Source: an uncultured delta proteobacterium (lineage in GTDB: Bacteria; Desulfobacterota; Binatia; UBA9968). Taken from it: a stretch of DNA of 64,000 nucleotides. The stretch lies in assembly GCA_963745035.1 (NCBI GenBank), contig CAVUVW010000015.1, positions 224,001 through 288,000 on the forward strand, written 5' to 3'. The notes under the pieces are model-generated. The model worked only from the letters and a program-made list of their open reading frames with translations, was not told where the DNA came from and did no database searches. How positions within the stretch are numbered: the stretch's first letter is position 1; every line of letters begins with the position of its first letter. Both the position numbers and the translations under genes were made by a program. Positions 43,154-53,392 of this stretch are shown in pieces.

Positions 43154-44135
43154 GTGAAGCTCAAACTTTCATTCGCTTGCGCGCTGGCAATCTTTACCGT
43201 GCTCGCCGTTTATGTCTCTGCGACGGCCAAGCCCATCCGCATCGCGATTCCCGGCTACAACATCACCCAAATCGCTTTCTTCGTCGCCAAGAGAGCGAGG
43301 CTTCTTCAAAGATGAAGGCTTGGACGTCGAGCTCATTCAGATGACCGGGACGTTGGCCAATCTCGCGCTCATGTCCGGCGAAGTGCCTTTCACGAGCGTG
43401 CCGACCGCCGCCATGACGGCGAATCTTCGCGGCGCCAATCTGCGCGTGCTTTTTACGACCTTCGAACGGCCTTTGTTCTGGCTCTACAGCAGGCCGCAGA
43501 TCCGCGACGTGAAGGAGCTAAAGAACAAGAAGGTCGGCGTCGGCGGGCTCAATCAAGCGAGTTATACGCTGCTGAGAGAATTGCTAAGCAACTACGGTTT
43601 GGAATCGGGGCGAGATTACACGCTTATTCAGGCCGGCGACAGCGCGCCGCGTTTCATGGCGCTCACCACCGGTTTCATCGATGCGACACTCATGCCGCTG
43701 CCTTGGAATTTCTCCGCCCAAGACGCCGGCATGCACGAGCTCGTGGCGCTTTCCAAGGCCGACGTCACCGCGCCGACCGGAAGCATCGTGCTGCGCGAGG
43801 AGCTGCTGCGCAACGAGCCGCAACTGGTCGAGCAGTTCACCCGCGCGACGTTGAAAGCGCTGCGCTACGCGACCGAACGCCGCGCAGGCGCCATCGCCGC
43901 TCTAACCCAGAGCCTAAAAATCAAGGAAGATCTCGCCGCGAAAGGTTACGACGCGGCCCGGCCCGCGTTGACCACTGACGGAACCATGACCGAAGCGTCG
44001 CAGCGCAAAGCGTTGGACGCGGTGCTCAAAAGCGCCGGCGTGAAAGAAGCGCCGCCGCTGGACAGATTCTTCAATTTCGCGATCGCAAGAAAGGTTGCCG
44101 CGGATTTGCAAGCCAAAGGTTGGAAACCGCAATAA
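43154..44135 (+). CDS. NMT1/TauA-like ABC substrate-binding protein (+1 frameshift near 43291)
   Basis: GTG start MKLKLSFACALA...FFVAK joins ERGFFKDEGLDVELI. Confidence 0.85.
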
Positions 44136-44138
44136 AGA

Positions 44139-44218
44139 AAGGATGAAGGATAAAGGCGAAAGGATAAAAAGGTCGGCGATTTTCCGAAATTATCCTTTAT
44201 CCCTTATCCTTTATCCTT
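44139..44218. repeat. Inverted tandem heptamer array, (AAGGATA)x4 ... (TATCCTT)x4, overlapping a stop codon
   Basis: AAGGATG AAGGATA AAGGCGA AAGGATA ... TATCCTT TATCCCT TATCCTT TATCCTT. Confidence 0.88.
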
Positions 44219-45395
44219 CAAAGATCATCGTCAGATACCCCGTCCCGTTGCTGCCCTGATAGCAAAGTGAATTGCCTTTGATGTCCTTGCCGAGCGCGCC
44301 GCGCATCATATAGAGGTGCCCCGCTCGTCCCTCCGGATTCCAGGATTCGAAGTCGTCGTCGCTCATGTCGATGAGCCTGCCGTGCTGTCCTTTCTCGAGC
44401 CACTCTTTGGCGAGCCGATCGAATCGTTCGCCTTGAGGCACGACGTACTCGGGCGGTTTGGAAAAATCGAAGGTGTGAGACAAGCCGCCGCTGGCGACGA
44501 AAAACGCTCTCCGCCCGAGCCCTTGCACCGCCTCGCCGATGATCTCGCCGAAACGGCGATGAGCCTCGCGCGGCCCGCGCCACCAGATCGAGCACGGCAC
44601 CAGCGCTGTGCGTCGATCACCGGATAGAAGATGTCCCGGCACCCACACCGCATGCTCCTGCGCGACCCGGTGAATCCGCCTGACCGGCAGCTCGGCGCGG
44701 CGCGCCAGATCGCCGATCAGCGCCGCCAGCTCGGGATCGCCGGGAAAACTGAAGAGCTGCGGCTCGACGCCTTGATACGAAGCATCGCAGCCATCCTCGT
44801 GCTTGTCGCCGTCGTCGATAAAGAACCCGTCCCGCGGCATCCAGTGGGTCGATGCCAGCACAATTACATCCGGCTGTAATTCGTCGAGCCGCTGTCTCAC
44901 CTGGTCGATAGCGGCCAAAGATTTGTTGCGATGATCGGCGGGCCGGTGGCGCGCCTCGTACATCGGAATCGTGTGCGGCAAAACCGCGCCGCCGATGAAT
45001 GCGCCCCGACCGTGCGTGCTGCTTGCGGAGACCGGTTCAGGGTCGACGCCACAAAATTCCTTGGCGCACCAGGCCGCGAAGTCGCTTGAATTCTTCTCCG
45101 GCTCAGCCGCCGACTCGACATCTAGTGAAATCACCCGGATCACCGGAACATTGTCGCGGCTCCAGTCTCCAGGCTGCCCATCGGGAGCGAGCGCGACCGT
45201 GTAGATACAGTCGTATTTCTGGTTGATCGCGGTGCCGTTTTTCTGCCGGCTGATCGTGCGCGGATAACCGAGCACTTCGATGTCGATGACCACCGCCGCT
45301 CGATCACGATAACGCGCCAACCCCGGGGTCCACAGATCGGTCAAGCGCACCAGAGTGCCGCGTTCGTACATGTCGTCTATGGTTCGGTAATCCAT
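44211..45395 (-). CDS. Class III (LigB-like) extradiol dioxygenase fused to an unknown N-terminal domain of about 115 aa
   Basis: LPHT, PDVIVLASTHW, FPGDPELA, ASGGLSH and PEG motifs in the C-terminal part. Confidence 0.82.
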   Translation of the reverse strand: MDYRTIDDMYERGTLVRLTDLWTPGLARYRDRAAVVIDIEVLGYPRTISRQKNGTAINQKYDCIYTVALAPDGQPGDWSRDNVPVIRVISLDVESAAEPEKNSSDFAAWCAKEFCGVDPEPVSASSTHGRGAFIGGAVLPHTIPMYEARHRPADHRNKSLAAIDQVRQRLDELQPDVIVLASTHWMPRDGFFIDDGDKHEDGCDASYQGVEPQLFSFPGDPELAALIGDLARRAELPVRRIHRVAQEHAVWVPGHLLSGDRRTALVPCSIWWRGPREAHRRFGEIIGEAVQGLGRRAFFVASGGLSHTFDFSKPPEYVVPQGERFDRLAKEWLEKGQHGRLIDMSDDDFESWNPEGRAGHLYMMRGALGKDIKGNSLCYQGSNGTGYLTMIFEG

Positions 45396-45545
45396 TGAGT
45401 CATATCTCCGCGATCTGCGCCGCAATAGACCGGCGGCAACACGTCCGCTACTTTAAGCGTTCAGTCCGCAACAGTTGATCTGGCCGTCAGCTTTTCAGAA
45501 ATCCCTTTCTTCTACCCTCGTGCCGCAAAGAGACTTGGGTTAAAT

Positions 45546-45626
45546 TGTCATGCTGAGGCGACGAAGAATCTGCCTTTTTGAAAGTTCGCCAGAAAAGGGA
45601 GCTTTGAGTATAGGTTCAGCATGACA
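45546..45626. repeat. TGTCAT...ATGACA REP/MITE-like palindrome (copy 2)
   Basis: 11-bp perfect TIR TGTCATGCTGA/TCAGCATGACA; internal CGAAGAATCTGC. Confidence 0.8.
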
Positions 45627-45684
45627 GCCGACTGATACTAACATTCCACGATAATTTCGCTGCGAAGAGGCAACCGCCGTATCA

Positions 45685-47469
45685 CTATTTTCGCGCCAGC
45701 GACATCTCCTCGACCACCGTCGGCAGATGGGCAGAGATGATCGCCGGAGATCCTTGTCGAACACACTCGAGACCGCGCCTCAACGCCGGCCCAAGCCTTT
45801 CAGGATCACTGACGGTTTCACCGTAGCCGCCCACCGACTCAGCTAGTTTACCGAAATCCGGAGCCGGATCGAGAAGCCCGCCCTCATAATTTCCGGTGGC
45901 CTGGGCCGCGCCCTGGGGATAGGCTCGTTTCAAGCCCGAAGTTCCGGTGCTGTAAGAACGATTCGTAAAAATAACCGTGAGGAAGGCTGCTTTGTAATGC
46001 GCCGCGCTCCAGAGCGCCGGCAGGGGAGTGCCAAACATGAAGAAGCCGTCGCCGGTGACCAATACAACATCGCTTTCCGGGCTCGCGAGCTTGGCGCCGA
46101 AAGCGGCGCCGCTCCCCCAGCCGCCCGACGAACCACCGCCGCCAAAATATGTGTTCGGCAAGTCGCGGCCATGATACTCCTGGACGTAGCCGGAATTGCT
46201 CAATGCCTCATCGAGAATAATGCTGTTCGGCTCGAGAATCTTGCCCAACTGATACGCCACCCAGCGCGGGTGCATGGGCCGGCGCTGGCCTGCGCGCTGC
46301 GCTGCTTCTTCCGCTTCGCGCACCATCTCGCGCTTGCGCGCGTGCAATCTCTCCTTGCGGTCGGCGATACGGCTCATGTGCGTGTGGGAGAGCATCTGCG
46401 TCGCTGCGTCGTGAATCGCGCGGAGCGCAGTCACTGCGGGCACGGGTAGCCAGAGATCGGCGTGATACTCCATGGTTTTGTAGCGCGACTGCACCGGATC
46501 GACATCAATCCAGGCAATCTTGGCTTCGGCGCGCGGCGATTCCAGCGGCGGCATGAACGGCATCGGATTCTCGATTACCAAGAGCACGTCGGCGTCCTTT
46601 GATTCGGGACCGGTGCCATAAAGCGGATGCGTGGTCGGAAAATTCAAACGATCGACCCGGTCGGTATCCATCACCGGCAACGCGAGCAGCTCGGCCAAAC
46701 GAATCAACTCCGCGACAGATTCGGGATTGCGCCCCGCCTTGCTGGCGAAGACGCATGGATTCTCGGCGTTGACGAGCCATTCGGCGATGCGCCGCGCGTC
46801 CGCGGCGTCGGGCCAGGCCGGCCGCGCGATGCCAAGCTCGTCGCGGGTGGGAAAACGGATTTTGTTCGGCAGCCGCAACATCGCCGTTTCGCGCGGCACT
46901 GCTAAATAGACCGGTCCTTGCGGCTCACTCATAGCGACTTGCAGCATGCGGCTCACGATCAGTCCCGGATTGTCCTGATGCTCGAGGCGGTGATCGAGCT
47001 TGGTGTATTGTCTGACGATCTCCCCTTGGTCGCGCGGCTCCTGCACCCACTGAACCGGCCGGTTGCGGGCGCCCATCATCGAACCCGGATACGCCCGCGG
47101 TCCGGTGCCGGCCGTCATCAAGACCGGATATCCACCGCGCCAGGCGCTGTGCAGCGCCGCGCCATAATTCAATGTTCCGACGTCGACGTGCGCCGCGGTC
47201 ACCGAAGGCTGTCCGGAAATCATCGTGCAGCCGAGCGCCGAGTTCAAAGCGACTCCCTCGTGCGGCACGGTGATCAACTTCGGCGTCGGCCAGCCGCGCA
47301 CCTGCGCTTTCGCCACGCTTTCCTGGTAAAAGGCGATCTCCGCTCCGGAGACGAAAAAAATATGCTCCACACCGCCCAGCTTCATCGACGCCACCAGCGC
47401 ATCCGACCATTCCTCGGCGTCATACTCCTTCCACCTCGGATCGAAAGCCACGGTTTGTCCCTCGAACAT
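45685..47469 (-). CDS. Thiamine pyrophosphate-requiring enzyme (acetolactate synthase/benzoylformate decarboxylase superfamily)
   Basis: PHE catalytic Glu, HVDVGT, PQGPVYL and GDG...N ThDP motifs. Confidence 0.9.
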   Translation of the reverse strand: MFEGQTVAFDPRWKEYDAEEWSDALVASMKLGGVEHIFFVSGAEIAFYQESVAKAQVRGWPTPKLITVPHEGVALNSALGCTMISGQPSVTAAHVDVGTLNYGAALHSAWRGGYPVLMTAGTGPRAYPGSMMGARNRPVQWVQEPRDQGEIVRQYTKLDHRLEHQDNPGLIVSRMLQVAMSEPQGPVYLAVPRETAMLRLPNKIRFPTRDELGIARPAWPDAADARRIAEWLVNAENPCVFASKAGRNPESVAELIRLAELLALPVMDTDRVDRLNFPTTHPLYGTGPESKDADVLLVIENPMPFMPPLESPRAEAKIAWIDVDPVQSRYKTMEYHADLWLPVPAVTALRAIHDAATQMLSHTHMSRIADRKERLHARKREMVREAEEAAQRAGQRRPMHPRWVAYQLGKILEPNSIILDEALSNSGYVQEYHGRDLPNTYFGGGGSSGGWGSGAAFGAKLASPESDVVLVTGDGFFMFGTPLPALWSAAHYKAAFLTVIFTNRSYSTGTSGLKRAYPQGAAQATGNYEGGLLDPAPDFGKLAESVGGYGETVSDPERLGPALRRGLECVRQGSPAIISAHLPTVVEEMSLARK

Positions 47470-47695
47470 TATCTTAGTTCTCCCGTCCAGTCCGATCAGA
47501 ATAAAAATTCATTTAAGCTTAGGCCGTCGACAACTGCCGCCAGCGCAGTTTTTGTTGCGTCCCACACCGGTATAATGCCAACCATAGCAAAATTCGGAAA
47601 TCATTATCCAGGCTCCGTAGTGGTTCAGTTTCACTTTGCTAAGAATCTCGACATTCCGCGAAAGATGCCTTGCTACCGCCAGGCTGTGAAGACTA

Positions 47696-47744
47696 CGTTC
47701 ATGGTTTCCTTCGGCTTCGCTCAGGACAGCGCTCACCACGAACG
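47696..47744. repeat. Nested REP-like element CGTTCATGGT[CCTTCGGCTTCGCTCAGGAC]ACCACGAACG
   Basis: An outer inverted repeat with a second REP class inside; a further CTCGCTCAGGATAAAC at about 47790. Confidence 0.65.
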
Positions 47745-47919
47745 GGTCCGATGTAGTTTTTCACATGCTCTGACCGCTCGGGATGATAACTCGCTCAGGA
47801 TAAACTCGTGAGAGACCTTTGCTAAAATGAATCACTAATTGACCACGACAAAAGTCGTAGCACGGTTGACACGCTAGGGTTCAAATGGATAAATACCGCT
47901 CCTAGCGAGCAAAGATCTC

Positions 47920-48745
47920 ATGCCGGATCTCGCACAGGCCACGCGCCGAATCGGACTGCGCCGAGCGCGGCAGTCATCAGCGTCGAAAAGGTCAGCAAGT
48001 TTTTCCAGACGCCGAGCCAGGACAACCTGGGCGCGCTCTGGACATCGATTTAGACATCCGTCCCGGCGAGTTCGTCACCGTGGTCGGACCGAGCGGTTGC
48101 GGCAAATCCACTTTGCTCAAGCTGGTCGCCGGTCTTTCGCCGGTGCTCCGCCGGACGGATTCTGTTCCAAGGCGAAGAGGTGCGCGGCCTCAACACCAGG
48201 GTCGGCTACGTGCCGCAAGAGAGCAAGCTCTTTCCCTGGCTCACCGTCGAGGAAAACGTCGGCTTCGGCCTCAATCCCAAACGTTACTCGCGCGCCGACC
48301 GCGAGCGGCAAGTCGATTATTTCATCAAGCTCGCCGGCCTCGCCGGTTTTGAAAAATATTATCCCGCGCAGTTTCGGGCGGTATGGGCAAGCGGGCTTCG
48401 ATCATCCGCGCGCTCGCCTACGAGCCGCCGGTGATCTTGATGGACGAGCCGTTCGGGCCGCTCGACGCACAGACCCGCATGGTGCTGCAAGATGAGCTGT
48501 TAAAAATCTGGGAGCAAAAACGTCAGACCATCGTTTTCGTCACCCATGACTTGGTCGAAGCCGTCGCGCTGGCCGACCGCGTCGTCGTCATGACCCATCG
48601 CCCCGGAAAAATCAAAGACGTCATCAAAGATCCGATGGCGCGGCCGCGCAATATTTTCGAGATTCACCGCCAAGAAGGTTTCGACGAGGCTTATGGCCGC
48701 TTGTGGAATATCTTTCGCCACGAGCTCAATATCGGAGCACCCTAG
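47920..48745 (+). CDS. NitT/TauT ABC ATP-binding protein, broken by several indels
   Basis: Fragments in different frames: [31 protein letters not shown], (L)[18 protein letters not shown] and VTHD. Confidence 0.8.
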
Positions 48746-48755
48746 AGCTGCTGCG

Positions 48756-49632
48756 ATGGCCGAAATAACAGATCAAGTACGGCCTCAACCTGATGCGTCG
48801 CTGGGCACAACGCCGAACTATGCCAACGACCGCAACGTCAAAGCGGATGTTTTCGCGCGCGTCACCGTGACGTTAGCGTCCGCATTGCGCCATTGTCGGA
48901 GGGCTTTTTTCTCGCTTTGGGAATTCGCCTCCGGCAGATGGATCGAACCGTTTCTGATCAGCAGCCCCAGCCGTATTTTTACGTCTCTGTTCACCGGTTT
49001 CTACTCGGGTGACTTGCTCCAGCATACCTGGGTGACCTTTTTGGAAATTGCCATCGGATTTCCCATCGGGCGCTATTGCGGGCATCGCCTCGGCTACAGT
49101 TTCGGCCGGAGCCGATTCTCGCGGAGATATTTGAGCCGATCATTATCGCGCTCAACGGCATTCCGCGCACCGCGCTGGCGCCGCTTTTCATAGTCTGGCT
49201 CGGCATCGGTCTTTGGTCCAAAGTCGGCGTAGTGTTTCTGCTCACCTTCTTTCTCAATTTTTTTAATACTTACACCGGCATGCGCCAGATGGATCAGGAA
49301 TACGTCGACTTGGCGGAACTCATGGGCGTCAAAGGATGGAAGTTCACTTTCAAGGTGATTTTTCCGGCGATCTCGCCCTATGTTTTCACCGGCATCCGCA
49401 CCAGCATTCCCTTCGCCGTCATCGGCGCTATCGTCGGCGAATTCGTTGCCGCCACCGAAGGAGTCGGATTTTTCATCCGCATGTCGGCGGGGATATTCAG
49501 AACCGCCGACGTGTTTGTCGGCATCATCGTCTTGATGATCATGGTGATCATCATGGACAAAATGGCCGAGCGGTCGAGCGCAGAGCGCTGCGCTGGCAGA
49601 CGCAAACAGAACATATCCAAATCCAGGCCTGA
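48756..49632 (+). CDS. NitT/TauT ABC permease, broken by several indels
   Basis: LWEFASG..PFLISSPS, NGIPRTALAPL and AVIGAIVGEF in shifting frames. Confidence 0.8.
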
Positions 49633-49650
49633 AGGAAAGGAGATTCTGCG

Positions 49651-50706
49651 ATGCGAAAACAAGCTAAACTTGTGATCGGAATTGTCGCCTTGACCATGTT
49701 TATGCTCTTGCCGGCGATACCCCACAGGCGCAGCCCAACAGAAAGAAATGCCGGAAATTTCCATGCTGACCGCCGTGCCCAATTTCGCTTTCGCGGCGAT
49801 CTGGGTTGCCGAGCAGCTCAAATATTTCGAGCAGGAGGGCGTGCGGATAAAGATCACGCCCGCGCCGAGCGGCTCGGTCTGTCTGAACGCGGTGGTCGGC
49901 CGCTCGACCAATTTCTGCGCCTCCACATCCGAGGGACTTGTGCTGGCGCGGGTCGAGGGCGCGCCGGCGATCGCGATTCAAGCGCACAATCGTACCATGA
50001 CGTTGGGCGTAACCCTACGTAAAGCGATCGTCGATAAACTCGGCCTGACTCGTGAAAGCCCAATCCAGAGCGCGGCTCAAAGCACTGACCCAGTTGGGCA
50101 CCATCGGCGCGACGGGTCCCGGCGCCGCCTCCGAACAGGTCATAAAATTTCTCGTGAAAAAAGCCGGCGCATCCGCGACCGTGCTTAAGTTCGTTTACAT
50201 CGGCGCGGCCGAGCTTCCCGCTTCGCTGATGAACGACGTGATCGACGCCTATGCGCTCTCTCCGCCATCGGCCGAAATCACCGAGGCTGCCGGCAAGGGC
50301 TACGTCCTGATCCCGCTGGGCAAGGGCGAAATCGCGGAATTGACCGATTACCCTTATGAAGTTCTCATGGTCCGCCCGGACTACGTCGAGGCGAACCCGA
50401 AGATCGCCATAGCGGTCTCGCGCGCGATATCGCGCGGCGGCGCGCTGTTTCGCAACAAACCCGAAGAGGCGAAGAGCCGCGCTGCGCGCCCACCGCCTTT
50501 CTGTCAAATTAACCGACGAAGTCTTCAACCTCTCACACAACATGGTCGCCGGCGCCATGCCTCCCTGGGGAACCATGAGCGCCGCCGGCTGGCAAAAGGT
50601 CATCAACTTCGCCACCGGCGCGGGCATCGTCAAGGATCTCGCGCAAGCGCCTTCGAGCAAAGAGGGCGTGCTGTGGACCAATAAATTTGTCGGCAAGCCG
50701 TCGTGA
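49651..50706 (+). CDS. NMT1-like ABC substrate-binding protein, broken by several indels; paralog of 50858-51907
   Basis: MPEISM..AEQLKYFEQEGVR, QAHNRTMTLG and GKGYVLIPLG; ends EGVLWTNKFVGKPS. Confidence 0.8.
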
Positions 50707-50857
50707 TTGTGAACGTAAACGATATTTTTCTCTCAAACGCCCGTGGGTCAATTCCACGGGCGTCTTTGTTTCAGGCTGGACATCGATGATCTTGACTCGA
50801 TTTCATTCGCGCAAAAACAACGGTAAGTCACGTTGCGCTAAATCGACGGGAGGAATC

Positions 50858-51907
50858 ATGCGAGCCATCAGAGACCTCTTCATGCGCAATATCCGCGCTG
50901 CGCTGTTACTTGCGGCCCTTGGCATCCCCATGCCGGCGCTTGCCCAGGAAATGCCGGAAATCACCATCGCCACAGCGGTCGGCAACATGGCCTACTCCGC
51001 CGTCTGGATCGCCGAACAGTTGAAGTATTTCGAGCAAGAGGGCGTCCGCGGCAAGATCACCGTCGCCGGCGGCGGAGCGCCTTGTCAATCCGCCGTTGTC
51101 GGCCGTAGCACCCATTTCTGCGCGTCGAGTTCGGAGGGGCTCATCCTCGCCAATCAGGAGGGTGCCTCGCTGATCGCGGTACAGGCGCACAACCGCAACA
51201 TGACTTTGGGCATCACCGTCCGCAAAGCGATCGTCGACAAATTCAAGCTGACGCGAAAAAGCCCGCTTAACGAACGGCTCAAAGTCCTGACACAACTCGG
51301 CACCATCGGCGCCACCAGCCCCGGCGCTGTATCTGAGCAAATTTTCAAATTTCTGGTAAAAAAAACCGGTGGAGATCCGGCCAAGCTCAAGTTCGCCTAT
51401 CTCGGCGGCAGCGAGCTCGTGGCGGCAATGGCGAACGATATTATCGACGGCCTGGCGCAATCCCCGCCGCAAGCGGAAAGCGCAGAAGCCATGGGAAAAG
51501 GCTACGTGCTTATCCCGCTCGGACTCGGCGAAGTTCCGGAGCTGACCAACTATCCCTACTTGGTTTTGATGAGCCGCGCCGACTGGGCCGAGCAAAATCC
51601 TAAGTTGGTTGCCGCGACGGCGCGTGCGATCTCTCGCGGAGGCGCGCTATTTCATACTGCTCCCGAGCAGGCAAAGGCCGCATTGCGCGCACACCGTTTT
51701 TCCGACTCCAAAAGGTTGGACGACAATCTTTTCAACCTGGCCTACTCACTGGTATCCAACGCGATCCCACCGTGGGGCGACATGAATCAGGAAGGCTGGC
51801 AGAAGGTTCTGGATTTTTCTATCGGCGCGGGCATCGTGAAGGATCGCGCCAAGGCGCCGTCTGCCAAGGAAGGCGCGCTATGGACGAACAAGTATGCGGG
51901 GAAGTGA
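50858..51907 (+). CDS. NMT1-like ABC substrate-binding protein
   Basis: Signal peptide ALA-QE; AEQLKYFEQEGVR, QAHNRNMTLG and EGALWTNKYAGK; GGGAGG RBS. Confidence 0.88.
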   Translation: MRAIRDLFMRNIRAALLLAALGIPMPALAQEMPEITIATAVGNMAYSAVWIAEQLKYFEQEGVRGKITVAGGGAPCQSAVVGRSTHFCASSSEGLILANQEGASLIAVQAHNRNMTLGITVRKAIVDKFKLTRKSPLNERLKVLTQLGTIGATSPGAVSEQIFKFLVKKTGGDPAKLKFAYLGGSELVAAMANDIIDGLAQSPPQAESAEAMGKGYVLIPLGLGEVPELTNYPYLVLMSRADWAEQNPKLVAATARAISRGGALFHTAPEQAKAALRAHRFSDSKRLDDNLFNLAYSLVSNAIPPWGDMNQEGWQKVLDFSIGAGIVKDRAKAPSAKEGALWTNKYAGK

Positions 51908-51932
51908 CAGGCTGGCAAGAGTTATCCTAGGC

Positions 51933-52472
51933 TCAGCGACCGACGAGGTGTTTATTGGTGAGCACTATCTCTCTCACGTCATGATTCGACAGGGTCATTT
52001 CTGTTATCAACACACCGCCGTGCCTGGCATTCACTTGGGTCAATACAAACCACTTACCGTCTGGGACTTCCGAAAATGAAAAATTGCCTTGTGCGTCGCA
52101 CTGCGTCCTCCTGATCATGTTCTTCAAATTGGGATAGGTTTTCTCCGGGGGTTCCGGTTCGCTTCCTGCGACCATGTGCCCGATCATTTCTCGGAAGTAA
52201 GAAGTCGCCGGTAGCAACAAAACCCGGTTCCCTGCGCACGTGACGACACTCTCTCCTTGCTGCTTGAGAAAGGCTTGTCCGCTTATACCGTTTTCGCCCG
52301 GTTGCGCGTAGGGTTTATGTTCCGAATAATCTAACTTCGCATGCATCTTCACGAACCGTGGCGCCGGCTTTCTCGCAGCCTCTTGACGAACGAAAGAGCA
52401 TCCGGCAGATACGAGAGGCAAGCCGAGCACCACCGCAACGACTCCAAAGATTTTTGCCCTAAGGATTCTCAT
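51933..52472 (-). CDS. Hypothetical lipoprotein (beta-sandwich, carboxypeptidase-regulatory-like)
   Basis: SAGC lipobox; ISGQAFL, TCAG and CDAQGNFSFSEVPDG. Confidence 0.65.
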   Translation of the reverse strand: MRILRAKIFGVVAVVLGLPLVSAGCSFVRQEAARKPAPRFVKMHAKLDYSEHKPYAQPGENGISGQAFLKQQGESVVTCAGNRVLLLPATSYFREMIGHMVAGSEPEPPEKTYPNLKNMIRRTQCDAQGNFSFSEVPDGKWFVLTQVNARHGGVLITEMTLSNHDVREIVLTNKHLVGR

Positions 52473-52585
52473 TGGGTCACGATGGCGAAGGAGCGCCAGA
52501 CCTCATCGCTACAAGCGCCACAAGACGAGAATTTGCCGTTGACTGCAAAGCGGACCGCCGCGCCGGCACATTCACCACAAAGCGC

Positions 52586-53260
52586 TCAGCGATACCCCAT
52601 CGCTCCAAGAAACTGCTTCAACGAAGTGAATTTCAGGTAAGGATTCGTCTTCTTCTGCTCGCCGAGTGTCGCGTGCGGCTTCGCGGCGTAGTTGTGGCCG
52701 GGAAAAAGAATCGTATCGTCTGGCAAAGCCATGAGCTTCTGCGTCAGACTATTGTACATCTGCTCCGGATTGCCGCCGGGGAAATCAACTCGTCCGCAGG
52801 CGTCGATGAACAGCGTATCGCCGGAAACGATTCTGCCATCGATGAGAAAGCATTGGGAGCCCGGCGTGTGTCCCGGTGTGTGCATGAGCTGGATCTCCAC
52901 GCCGCCGACGTCGATCTTGTCGCCGTTGTCACTCTTGATCATGTCCGATGACGAGAGCCCCTTAAGAAACTCCGCTTCCGCTTTGTGCACGACTACCTTG
53001 GCTTTACACTTCTCAAGCAACTCCGTCACACCGTCTATCTCCATGCCCGCAAATCCACCACCAACGTGATCGGGATGGGTGTGCGTCACGAACGCATGGA
53101 TGATTTCCATCTCGTCCTGCGCCGCGATCTTCAGGATCGTGTCGATCTCCCAGGCGGCATCAACAACCGCGACTTTGCGCGTCTCCGTCGAGCCGATGAG
53201 ATAGACATAATTCTGCATCGGCCCCATCTCGATTTGTTTGAAGTACAGTTGATTGCTCAT
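52586..53260 (-). CDS. MBL-fold metallo-hydrolase (glyoxalase II-like)
   Basis: THTHPDH, HTPGHT, SGDTLF and PGH motifs. Confidence 0.92.
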   Translation of the reverse strand: MSNQLYFKQIEMGPMQNYVYLIGSTETRKVAVVDAAWEIDTILKIAAQDEMEIIHAFVTHTHPDHVGGGFAGMEIDGVTELLEKCKAKVVVHKAEAEFLKGLSSSDMIKSDNGDKIDVGGVEIQLMHTPGHTPGSQCFLIDGRIVSGDTLFIDACGRVDFPGGNPEQMYNSLTQKLMALPDDTILFPGHNYAAKPHATLGEQKKTNPYLKFTSLKQFLGAMGYR

Positions 53261-53288
53261 TTCGCTTTCCTGCTGAGGCTGATCAAAA

Positions 53289-53363
53289 TGTCATTCTCAG
53301 GCGAAGCCGAAGAATCTGCTTTACATCGTGAAAAACAGATGCTTCGCTTTCGCTCACATGACA
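53289..53363. repeat. TGTCAT...ATGACA REP/MITE-like palindrome (copy 3, inverted relative to copy 1)
   Basis: TGTCATTCTCAGGCGAAGCCGAAGAATCTGC...CAGATGCTTCGCTTTCGCTCACATGACA. Confidence 0.85.
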
Positions 53364-53392
53364 CACTCTTAGAAAGAAAACATCGAGAATGC

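Noticed and set aside
47560-47590. Sigma54 promoter (TGGCA on the minus strand) for the ThDP gene
   Set aside because: There is no TTGC at the -12 position.
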